Assembly: GCA_038496445.1 (NCBI GenBank)
Contig: JALMLS010000330.1
Span: 90,274-154,273 of the forward strand
DNA: 64,000 bases
Direction: 5' to 3'
Origin: Trichosphaerium sp. ATCC 40318
Taxonomy: Eukaryota; Protista; Tubulinea
Of this stretch, positions 37,819 to 49,400 are shown piece after piece (position 1 is the stretch's first letter; each line of letters opens with the position of its first letter). The notes under the pieces were generated by a model. The model was not told the origin of the DNA. It was given only the letters and a program-made list of their open reading frames with translations, and made no database searches. The position numbers and the translations under genes are program-made.

Positions 37819-38673
37819 ATGGAAGCTTTATCACCTTATAGGTGAGTATTCTTGCGCTTATTTTAGCTACACTCGAAAAACTTTATCAATAAGCGTACCG
37901 ACGCGCGGAATTGTAAAACTACGCGTCACAGCGCCATTGGCGTTGTTTTTAGCCATTTCTATAATAGCCGACGCACTAACCTTTTTTTTTCAAGTGGAGG
38001 CATCTTAGACTTACCCATAGAGCTACAGTACGTTATTATACACCTTGATGAAGAAATACTTGCAAAATGGCCAATGTTATGCTACCAAACAGCAGTAACA
38101 TCTCGTTATGATAGTAAACTACGTAAATGTGGGCGATTTAAGACATGGCGTTTCGGATTCATTGTGACAGATCGTTCTTACGAAAAAGACAAACTTTGCG
38201 GTAAGGTAACAAAATGGCGTGTAAATGGTAGATTAGAGTTTACTGGTACAGTAAAAGACGGTAAATACATACAATACAAGAAATACAATGCAAACAATTC
38301 TGTTATTGAAAGTAGCCACATGACAAGCGATGGGGAGACTGTAGAGATTATAAAGTGGTACGAGAAGAGTAAGAGAGTTAAGAAATATCATTTCTATGAG
38401 AGAGATGGGAAGAAAACGGGAAAATACAGAAGTTGGCATAAAAACAGAGAACCAAGCGTATTCTCAAATTACGTTGATGGTAAGAGACACGGGTCGTTTG
38501 AGGCTTGGTATAAGACAAGTAGACCTAGAATAAAATGCTCCTACAAGAATGGTGAACTTGATGGAGAGTATAAAGAGTGGAATGGTGCAGGTGTACTATT
38601 AGAACATTGTCATTATGTTTCAGGTAGAAAACGAAAGAATGAAGGGTTTAGATACGAGAATATCAAGAAATAA
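37819..38673 (+). CDS. F-box-like + MORN2 repeat protein
   Basis: MEALSPY|SGGILDLPIELQYVIIHLDEEILAKWPMLCYQTAVTSRYDSKL, then degenerate MORN2 repeats. Confidence 0.78.
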
Positions 38674-38731
38674 AAACTTTCAAAAGCAAAAAACTTGTTT
38701 GTGGTCTTATTCGGTCTAGTACACGTGGAAC

Positions 38732-41149
38732 ATGACAAACATCGTAACGATTGTTTTACTGTGTTTGTTAGGATTCGTCCTAGCGGCAAAGAAGCCAAAC
38801 TTTGTTTTTTTCTTTCCAGATGAGACTAGAGCAGAGTCTCTTGGTACTTACGGTCACCCATTGACGAAAACACCAAACTATGATCGGTTAGCCGCTATGG
38901 GGACTGTTTTCGAAAACGCCCACGTGCAGCATACCCAAGTACGTTAAAATAGAATCCCACCAGAGCACTGACACCGTATCGCTGTTGTTGGTTTAACTTA
39001 CTGTTTATTAACGTTTTTTAACAGTGCGCTCCAAGTCGCTGTGCCCTCACTACAGGACGATACATGCATGTACGTTATTAAGTGGGAAACCATTTGGAAC
39101 ATTTCAACTACTTTTTCTTGGACCATATAGCAAACCACGTGATTTACTTTATTGGTTTTTTTTAGGTTCTTGGTCATAGGTAAAAATCATTTGGCTTGGT
39201 TGTAGTTTAGTAGCAGGCTTGTCTTAACTTGATTTTAGAACTCAGACGCATCTTGTTCAAGTTTATGAAAGAAATCTATTCAAGTATTTGAAGGAAGATG
39301 GTTATACTGTTGTATGGCTTGGAAAGAACGATATGTTCAGTCAAAAAGCGTTCCCAGCATCCGTTACATATTGGGAAGACGATATTGGTGTTCAGAGAGG
39401 AGGTAACATGTTCAATTTTGGTGAAGCAGGGTAAGCAACTTAGTAGTGTTAACGATGCTAATCTGAAGTATTTTTTCGCTTTAATTTTTTGTCGCATGCT
39501 CAAGTGTTACTAGATATTATTCTTTCCTCGACAAACCTGACAAAGACACCTACAACTCAACAAAGAACAGGTGAGTATTTAAAGTTATGAAAAGGGAAAC
39601 CAAATATGTATGCATACTCATTCCATGTCAAAAGGGATTACTATGCGGTTACACGTGCGATTCAGTTTTTGGAAAAAAAACCTCAAGAACCTTGGATGAT
39701 ATTCTTACCTGGTATTGGTGCTCATCCACCTTATGGTGCACCGAATCCATACTACAGTATGTACAGTCCAGATGAAATAAAGGTACCTTCAATAATAATC
39801 CTCAAAAGAACCTAAAAGAAAAATAGAAAGTAGCACCTCTGAGACCACCAAACATCCCAAGTACGTGTTCTCAAGCCTTTTCGTATTTCTAACATATCCT
39901 GTAGAAAAACCAAAATACCATTCGCCTACTGAGGGCATCCAATACTATAGAAATTTGACTAGCTTCGATGATGACTTTTTCTATCGAATAAATTCAATTT
40001 ACTTAGGACTAGTTTCATACTCGGGTTAGTGCACAATTAGTTTCTCGTTCCTGGTTCTCACGCTTTTATGTTAGATTGGGTATTTGGTCAAATGCTTGAT
40101 TATCTCGAAAAGAGTTCTTATTGGGATAATACAGCAGTTATAGTTTCATCTGATCATGGAGACTTTTCGGTAAGAATAAAATAAGAATGCTTGATTGCTT
40201 AAAGTTACAAAAAGGGTGACTTCCATCTTGTTGAAAAATGGCCTGGTGGTATGGATGATATCTTAACACATGTTCCATTGATGATGCGCATACCAGATGG
40301 TTCAAAAGGTCACCGTGTAAAGTGCGTAACATTGAGGAAACAAAAGTTCAATCTAATGCTTATTTCTTTTGTAATTAGAACACCAGTAGCTCAATTTGAT
40401 ATTATGTCTACGATCCTCGATCTTGCTGGAATCAACGACACACGTGTACACTTTTCAAAATCTCTTGTACCTGAACTAAAGGGAAGTACTGGCGACGTGG
40501 ATCGTGCTGTATTCAGCGAAGGAGGCTACTACTATCATTACGTAATCAAAACGTCTCTTCCACATTTACTCTTTCTAATTACCTTCTTTCTTGCAGGAGA
40601 TTGAACCGTATGATCCAGAACAAGTTAAAACATACGCAGATAAGAACAATTTATATTATCCAAGAGGAGAAGAAGAAAAACAACCTAACGGTATACCACG
40701 TTGTGTTATGATTAGAAAGATGGACTACAAGGTTCGAACGACTACATCAGTTTTTCCGTTTACCTTGTTTCCTAATTTGTTATCTTTTTCTAACTTTGTA
40801 CCCATTGCAAAATTCTATCCCAGCAATTTTTTGATCGTGCTTTGTATTTTACTGGACGTCAAAAGGAGTACTAATGTTAATCTAGATGGTTTATAGGCCT
40901 CTCGGTGTAAACGAGCTTTATGATATCAAAAAAGATCCAAGAGAACTCAACAACGTCTATAATGATCCAACGTACGTTTTTCTTCCTCAACAAAATTGTT
41001 CGAAATGATTTTTTTTAAGGTACATTACTCAACGTGCAGAACTTCTTGAGGAGCTCTTAGAATGGTATCTACTTACTGGAGATGTAACTCCACTCGACGA
41101 AGATCCTAGAGGCTTACCAGCGAAGGAACCTGTACCGTTCAGAAAGTAA
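38732..41149 (+). CDS. Secreted formylglycine-dependent sulfatase
   Basis: Signal peptide; PNFVFFFPDETR, TPNYDRLA, CAPSRCALTTGRY (CxPSR), GKND, SSDHGD, ELYDIKKDPRELNN; many introns. Confidence 0.92.
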
Positions 41150-41308
41150 CAGAACTGAAATAAACAACGCCTAAAACTTGGCTAGTTTTCTGTGAAATCT
41201 CGTTTAAGTTTTATCCTTTTTTCTTAGTTGTACCATTATCATTCTTAACGCGTAACACAACAGTTGAACTGCACCTTTTGTACAAAATTTAGTAAAATAA
41301 AAGAGAAA

Positions 41309-41871
41309 ATGGTACAACAGCTACACGTGTAGAGTCAAACTTTAACTGGTTTTTTTTAAAAGAGCAAATTAGTAGAGGTACTATCTCAACGCATTGGTTT
41401 AAGCAACCTGGGTAGATCCACTAGTACGTTCTCGTTTTAACACTGGCACCAGATATTTTTATCTGTAAACTGACTACGAAACAGGCTACAACGACGGCCT
41501 TATTCCTAAAAAACGCTACGAGTTTGTTGCCAATTTAAAGGCTGCTAAGAAAGTGCATCATAACACAGAGATAACAGGTCCAGAAATGACCAAAGAAGAA
41601 GCATTTGATATTGTGGGTATAACAGAACCTGATTTAAACATAGATAAGCTCGCAGAGGTACACACAAAACAAAACAAAAACACGTGACTAAAAACTGATT
41701 TAGAGGTATGAAAGATTGATGGAATTAAATAAAGAAGCGCATGCTGTCTATCTTCAATCTAAAATTGTAACGGCTTGTACGATATGTTTATTTTGGAAAC
41801 AAATGGTAAGGTTCAACTTCTAAGCAATAATACAATTAGGCGACAAACTGTATCAAGAACTAAATAAGTGA
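41309..41871 (+). CDS. PAM16: Mitochondrial import motor subunit Pam16/Tim16-like
   Basis: MTKEEAFDIVGI..KLAE|RYERLMELN..VYLQSKIVTA matches the Pam16 J-like domain signature; 5' exons approximate. Confidence 0.7.
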
Positions 41872-42353
41872 CAAAAAAAATTGTGAGATGTGTAACACGT
41901 CCTATTGCACGTTTTCGGATGAGTTATTGCATGTTCATTATTACGAATCTCTAGGTACAAACTATGTACACAATTGAGTGGTGACGCACCTCCATTATCC
42001 ACTAAAGACGAACGAAAAAAAAAATAAAAAGGAGTTTTAAAAAAAAAAAAAAGAGTTGCATTAATAAATCGTGGCGTGGGCTTCAGCGCCATTTGCTATT
42101 ACTACGCTCACAGCACATACATAAACAAGCAAAAAAATAGTGTGTCAAAGTTAAGAATGTTTTGATTGAGGTACCAGGCCATGAAAGTAAGGGAATTTTC
42201 AAAACAACTTTTCGGAAAAACTTTAATTGCCCAATCCAAGTGACACAATTATTGTAAATTTAATATTACACTATTTCTATGGTTTGCTAAGGGTGTTGTG
42301 ATGTATCTACTATAAAATAAGGCCATTTAATACGTGTAATAACGCGAACGAAC

Positions 42354-43146
42354 CTAATTTTTTGAGAAAACTCCAACCTGCCATAGAACAATAAGAATTA
42401 TTGCTATTACTATGATTACGCATACGGTAGAGATGATACAAATGAGTTTCCTATATGCAAGCGTTACATTTCCTTATTTCCGTTCAAAAAACGTACATAG
42501 CTCTCTTAGATAACCTATTAGCGACGATCAACTCCTCTTTAGCTGCTACGACGCTAATATTGATAAGTTTAACGAAATTTTTTCTGTTTCTGACGTACTT
42601 TACGTCTGTCTTTTCTACCTGCTTTTCTGCAACTTCTAGATCCTCTCCTTGCGCTATAACATGTTTGTACAGAAAATTGTTGTACACAAACCATACCACC
42701 AACCATAGCTTCCAAATCCCCTGTGATTTCCTGCAAATCGCGTAGATCACGCGCTGGGTTACGTTAGTTCAAGTTTTAAGCAAAAAAAAGACGTTACATG
42801 CCTATTTGATCAATATCTTGGTTTCTCTCATCTACTAACGCTTGGTCATTGTCTACAAGCAAGTAGGTGCTTTCTGTTTGTTGTTGTGTCATGACACCTA
42901 AAACATAAACCAAAATAAAAGAAAGTCAAGAATTCTCGTCACAGTTTTTTAATGTAAACCATTTTATATTCAACGAAGTTTAATTAGTATTGAAAGTACT
43001 GTTGTCATGTCCTTGACTTGGCTTGTTGTCGGTAACATCAATGTGTTGGAACACGTGTTTCTTTTGAGCATAGCTCAAATACGCTTTTTGTGCTTTTTTT
43101 CTCACAGTTATTAATTGCGTGGATCGGTTGTAAATGTGCTTAGAGC
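42354..43146 (-). CDS. Tail-anchored Q-SNARE (syntaxin-like); 5' end unresolved
   Basis: ERNQDIDQIARDLRDLQEITGDLEAMVGAQGEDLEVAEKQVEKTDV..AKEELIVA, then TM LICIISTVCVIIVIAIILIVLW. Confidence 0.78.
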
Positions 43147-43195
43147 CTGCCGTTTAAAAAAAGAATGAAAAGTTTTTTGTAACAATAACACATTA

Positions 43196-44392
43196 TTATT
43201 TTACAGACGTTACATCAACATTGTTGGTGTTTTTTTGTTTTGTCTTTTTTGTTTGTTTCTTCCTTTTTATTCTTTTCATTCTTTTACCATTTGGATTCCA
43301 TACTTTAATATCACCTTGCATCTTACCATTTAAACAAGTATAATACTTCCATAACTTACCATCATTATAAAACTGTTTACATTCACCATTTTTTTTACCT
43401 TTGATGAAATTGAAATGTAACTTTAATTGACCACTCTCATAGAACATTTTATAATCACCTTCCTTTTCTCCATTATCATAAAAACAATGCTCTAATAATT
43501 GTCCATTACTATACCACTCCTTATACTCTCCTTCAATCTTTTCTTCTTTGTAAAAACATTCTTGTTTTAAAACACCATTATCGTGCCACATGCTTGTCTT
43601 TCCATGGTATAGTCCATCAACTAATGTAGATTGTTCTAATAATTGTCCATTCGGATAGTACTGCATCCATTCTCCCTGTTGAACATCACGAACCCAACGA
43701 GAGTAATCAGAAAGTTGTCCATTATCATGCCAAGTCATACAAGTACCATGAAGTTCTCCTTCATCCCATATACTTACTTGTTGTAGTGTGCCGTTTCTAT
43801 GCCATGCTGTATACTTTCCTGTCATGAAGTCATCCTCACATTTAAATACGGCAGCGAGTTGACCATTGTCATGCCACTCGAAGCATTCACCTGTTGCTTT
43901 ATCATCTTTATATTGTTTTTGTGTGCATATTCTTCCATTCTCGTGCCATACTATTTCTGGACCTGTTTGCGCTCCGATTTCATTCGTATATGATACTTCT
44001 TCCATGCGACCGTTATCATGCCACATAATATCTCGTTCTAGCACTTATACAAAGCTGTGAGATTGAGATTTACTAAAAGAAAAAAAGAGAATGAAACGTG
44101 GCAACAAGGGCTTTTTTAACACTTTTGGAGCCTTTACTCGCGTAGCTCCTTTTATGTTTTTTTCATAAATTGCTCAAGTGTCAAACGTTGGAATGTATTC
44201 TCTGCATCGTACCTTCTACAGGACGGACGACATTGGGATTAATGGATTCTGGGCATTCTACGGGACTTTCACTCAAATATCCCGGCTACCTCGACGGTAA
44301 GTACAACTACTACTTTGATAGTATTCTCCTACGCACAGGGGTTTCTTCATACCATTCGGGGGTTAAATCTGAGCGCACACCAAGATTTCGCC
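43196..44392 (-). CDS. MORN2 repeat protein (long repeat exon plus small upstream exons; start uncertain)
   Basis: About 11 W(H/Y)DNGQL-type repeats in 43196-44044; a phase-1 intron links them to an upstream exon PGYLSESPVECPESINPNVVRPVE. Confidence 0.75.
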
Positions 44393-45231
44393 TTTGTATG
44401 AACGAAAACGTCAGTGGCGCGTGTGTGATTCTAATTAAACGCTTTCTAGAAGACAGAGAGCGGTCTGTGAATTTATGTAAGCAAAAACGTTCGCACAGCC
44501 TCAAAAATGTATAATACTGTACGCATGTAGCGTATATTTACGTACTAGTGAATACGGTGTACTGTCTTATTCTACAAATTGTACTGGGTCTTAATTTACT
44601 TTGTTTACGAGTATACAACGGTTTATAGCGTCTAGATACTGAAGTGGTACTTGTGATTGCCCTGGTACCTACTTTCGATTAGCAACTATTACAAGCGTTT
44701 ACTACGTTCTAAAAACGTTCAATTATTGTGTTAAATGACATACCTAGCATTATACCATTGTGGTTGGAACTGGATCTGACTTAGCTGTTTTTTTTTTGAA
44801 TTGATGCGAAATTTCACGACACGTGGATTATTGCGTCAAGAACTGCCTTGGCTGTGTGCAATAGCAGTGACATAAAGAAAAGATATTCTGTTTTAGCTCT
44901 CATCCAGCCCTTAACGGTGGTATCGAAAACATTAGCGGGCTTCTAAAATAAGCTGTATCAATAAGGATCACAAGGAGTACCCCAATACGTATATTTCAAT
45001 TGTAAGCTTACATACGCATAACCAATGGTCTTCAATTTGATTGTGATTAACACCCGAATACTTGTTTATGTACAGGTGTAGAAATTACTAATAGGCCACG
45101 TTGAAGATTATCTATTCTACAATTCCTACAATGCCAATTACTACTCTCTTTTTTATTGAAGACATTATACTAGGTGTAGTACTAAACCTTACAATAAATT
45201 AGGTTTGAAACCTTTTTATTTTCAAGTGCCC

Positions 45232-45737
45232 TCAGCATGTACCGGACTGACGATTGCAAACATTGCATTGGTTGAGACAAAGTTTGTTACAAGTAGCACC
45301 ATACAATCCTTGTTCACAGCTTGCACAAACACCAGTGCTCCTATTACAACCTGTACTAGTGCAGCCGTAAGAGCAAGCTTTGTTACAAGTAGCGCCATAC
45401 AGTCCTTGTTCACAACTTGCACAAACACCAGTGCTCCTATTACAACCTACATTAGTGCAGCCGTCAGAGCAAGCTTTGTTACAAGTAGCGCCATACAATC
45501 CTTGTTCACAGCTTACACAAACACCAGTGATCCTATCACAACCTGCATTAGTGCAGCCACCAGAGCAAGCTTTGTTACATGTGGGACCATACAAGCCCGT
45601 TACACAATTGTTACATAGTCCATTGTGTTGAGTGCAATTATTTAGGCAACCTTTGGCACAAATCTTGTCGCACTGCGGTCCATAATAACCATCAAGGCAA
45701 CCTGAGCAAATACCATGTGTACAACCACTACGGCAAA
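45232..45737 (-). pseudogene. Orphan exon of laminin/EGF-like Cys-rich repeats (MEGF/SCARF-like)
   Basis: 32-aa (96-nt) repeats CEQGLYGATCNKACSxGCTxxGCNRSTGVCAS. It starts at a splice acceptor, has no visible signal-peptide exon and stops mid-repeat. Confidence 0.55.
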
Positions 45738-45971
45738 CTAAAACGGAAGTTAGAAGTGCTCGATTACATTTCATAAAAAAAGTGCAAAAAACTCCGTGGT
45801 GAGTCTATTTTGTGACTTTAGTCACCATTCTCTAAACGGCTTCCCTTCGGGAAGGGAACTAACAAGTTCATTGTGTTTTGTTTTTATACGCTGTAGTATA
45901 CGTACAAAGAGAGCAATTGCTTTTTACTCTAGCGAGTACGTGAAAGCGGGAAACCCAATTATGTAGAACTT

Positions 45972-46167
45972 TGTTAAAAAAAAGTCGAAAATTCGGCACA
46001 CTAATTATCCTATATTATGCCATAGGAACTATTTAGAAAGCCCCCCCTTTCAGGGGGGGTTTGGGGGGGCAGAGCCTAGCGGCGACTGAGCGCCATAACC
46101 CAGTTGTCTCCCTTTGTGGCGAACAGTTCAACATTACTTTGACATTTTTTCGACTTTTTTTTCGACA
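45972..46167. mobile_element. MITE-like element with GC-rich internal hairpin
   Basis: 16-nt inverted repeats aaaaaaaagtcgaaaa / ttttcgactttttttt flank a C7-tttca-G7-ttt-G7 core. Confidence 0.4.
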
Positions 46168-46410
46168 TTTTAGTACACACCGTGAAAGCTAGATATACAA
46201 GCAAAGAGTAATGCGAGAGCTAAGAGTTTCATAACGACGCGCTTCGTTGTTTGATTTGTGCAATACAAAAGTTTGTAGTTATTATGTCCAATCTGTTTTC
46301 AGCGTACAGTCCACAATAGTCAAGAAGTTGTTTTTCTGAACTAATCAGTAAGCCTTGCAGCAAGTTTATAGGGAGTGTAGACGCATTACAGTATACGTGT
46401 TTAAGCTCCT

Positions 46411-49400
46411 ATGAACGTTTTAGAGTCAATTGAAGCGTCATGGAAAATACACGTTGTATTATTGCCTGTTGGGCCTGTTTCTAAGGAAAAAGTGCTTCAA
46501 TACAGGTCGTGGCTAAAACCACACACGAGAATACCATTAAGAGAGCAAGCTGTTGACAAAAAATCACAAAAGAGTACGAGAGTTCCGCGTACACGCCGTA
46601 AATAACTGAAATACTCCAGGTCTGTTATCACACCGTAATTTTGCTGAAGATCGTATAATATTGGATCTAGTCACAACAGAAGACGCATACAATGACTGGG
46701 AGAACATTCATAGCCATAGAAAAATATTTGGGGTAACGTAAAAATACTTGAGTCAAAATACAATAATAGCATAATGACACCCATTAAAACCATAAAACCA
46801 CGCGTCAAGGTAACGTTTTTTAGGTTATTGGTCTTGTAGAGTGTAAACATTTTCCAGACCTTGAAAACGCCGTTAAACAATTCGATAAAGCTGTAGGACC
46901 TAAATCAAGCTATGCTGTGCGTTAAAACAATTATCTGATAATATTAAACTAAAAATGTTGAAAGGACGTCGCTTCATCACAATGTTTCGCTCTTGAACCG
47001 CTTGCAAACCAAAAAGACCCTGCTAAGGACCACTTTTATTTGATACCAGATCAAGATCCAGCCCATCTTGCCTTTTACTTTGAGCATTTACTATCAGAGT
47101 TTGCGCAACGTATTTTAATGCAGCTGGAGGGGTGGGTACGCTAAAAAGATTGAACGAAAAAGCAGGATTGGGCTTTTATTTTTTGAAACAAAACAGCTTG
47201 CTTAGATTATGCTTTTCCTCTTTGTGATGTTACGTTAACTTGTTTTTTGTAGGCATGCTCAAAAAGTCCTCCTTACAGGCTAACAACTATTCTCGATGAT
47301 CCTGGAGAGGAAAGGAAAAAAGTGATTGCCGCACGTTGGACAAAGTGTCAAGGTAATTTTTTTTGACATTGCCCAGATAGAAAACACTTTTTACTTGGAT
47401 CTAATTAACTTTGTATTGTATTTTGTAACCTGATTATATATAGGCGACATTTGTTTACTTGCTGGTTCTCCGAAGGATGCTCTTATTTATTTTGATAGTG
47501 CTATTGATGGTAAAGTTTTAATTGTTTGCTTCTTTTTTTTGGTGATATAATTTTGACAATTGTTTAGCTTGTAAATCTAATTCGGATTTTGTTTGGTCTG
47601 CGGCTGCACAAGAAGGATACGCAGCAGCTATGTTACGTGTACAGGTATGTATTATTCCAGTCAAAGATTGTGTTTAATGGCACTCTACAGGAAATGGAAG
47701 ACAACAGCGAGTTTGCAAGCAACAAAATTGTAGTTTTACTTCAAGATGCTATTCTGGTACGAAATTGGTTTTATACTATAATTTAACGCTCTTAAAGCTG
47801 TACGAACGTAGTGGAGCAGTCATTCTTCACATAGAGGCTTCATTAAAGCTTGCTCGATATTACATTTCACTAGGTACAGCCATAGTAGTTTTTCCAAAAA
47901 ATCCAAACTTCTTTGTTAACATCACCTCTGAACAACTTAATAAAGACTTACATATGTGACTATAGGAATGCATTTGGAAGCATCTGATATTATACTACAG
48001 ACAACAGGCATAATAGAGTCTCTAGGCGCTCAAGAACAGGTTCTAAAAGATAATTTTGAGACATTCTTAGCTTATCTTTTATTAGATACTTCTAAGTAGT
48101 GCTATTGCATTACTTTATTCAAAAATGGGTTATAAAAGAAAGTATGCTTATTTTATGTTACAAACAGCAGTAAAGTGCAAAGGATTGATGCTTCCGACTA
48201 AGACTGTACGCAATGATTCATGTTTTCTTGTATTCTTCTTGGAAACTTATTGATCCATTAGGAATACTTACTGCGCGCTATTGCGCCACATTATGACCTT
48301 GATATAGATGGTACTATGAAGAAACCTTCCGTAGACGATACACCGCAGGATACATCTCTTAGTGGATCACAAATGACTAGAAAACAGCGTTTATTAGAGC
48401 GTGGAAGTGTTTGGCGTCATATTCATGAAGCTTTATTGCAACTATTAATCAAGGTTGCTATAGAAAGAGAAGGTAATATATCTATGCTGTTTAATGTCTT
48501 TAGCCTTTCTTTGGTTATAAGCCCTCGGTTCTTTGTTGACACGGCGTATTTTAGATTTGAAAATGGCTAAACTCTATCGAATGAGATACTTTCAGATTAT
48601 GGGACCAAACTCTTCTCATGATAAACAGGTTTCTATGAGAAGAGAGCTTGTAAAACTTACCAAACCTACTCCTTATGAAACACTTCCTGGTGAAGGTCTT
48701 GTAATCATTTCAAACGTTACAGCTCTTGGGTACGTTGACATCAATGAAGTTTTCTTCGAAGTTTTTTTAATTATATTTTTTGTGATTTATCTGACACGTG
48801 ATTTAATAAATTAGGCCGTCAGTAACACTTGAAGAAAAAGTGACAACTAATGGTGACGAACCAAGCATTTTTTTGTACAGACACAGACGCGCTCAAGCGC
48901 CAAAAGGTTTGTCTTGAAACATTGTACAAACAAGACTTGTTTAGCTAATTTTTTTGAAAATAGAAGAGGGTCCTAGGAAGGCATTGGTTGGTGAAACCAT
49001 CACATATGTTGTTACTGTACAGAATCCTTTTGTTCTTGCTTTTGATTTACATTCTATCGAATTATGTACGCCTTTATTTTTATGGTCTAGTTGATACAAC
49101 ATTTAATCTCATTCCTTTTACAGGTGGCCCTGGGTTATCATGTTTACCTCTTCTTGTTGCTGCTCTCAGAGAGAATGTTGTCACGGTATGCCCGATAGAT
49201 TGCTTTCTTAGTATTTATTTAACTTACACGGACACAGAAGCTTGAGTTCCAAGTAACACCTACAATGGCAGGAATGTTAAGACCTACATGTTTTAAGTTT
49301 AGAGCATTCAATTGTAACTTGATGCAAAGCATTGAAGAGTATTGTGCGTTCACACACTTCCTCTTACTTAACTAATTCGTTTATACCAACAGCCACAAGT

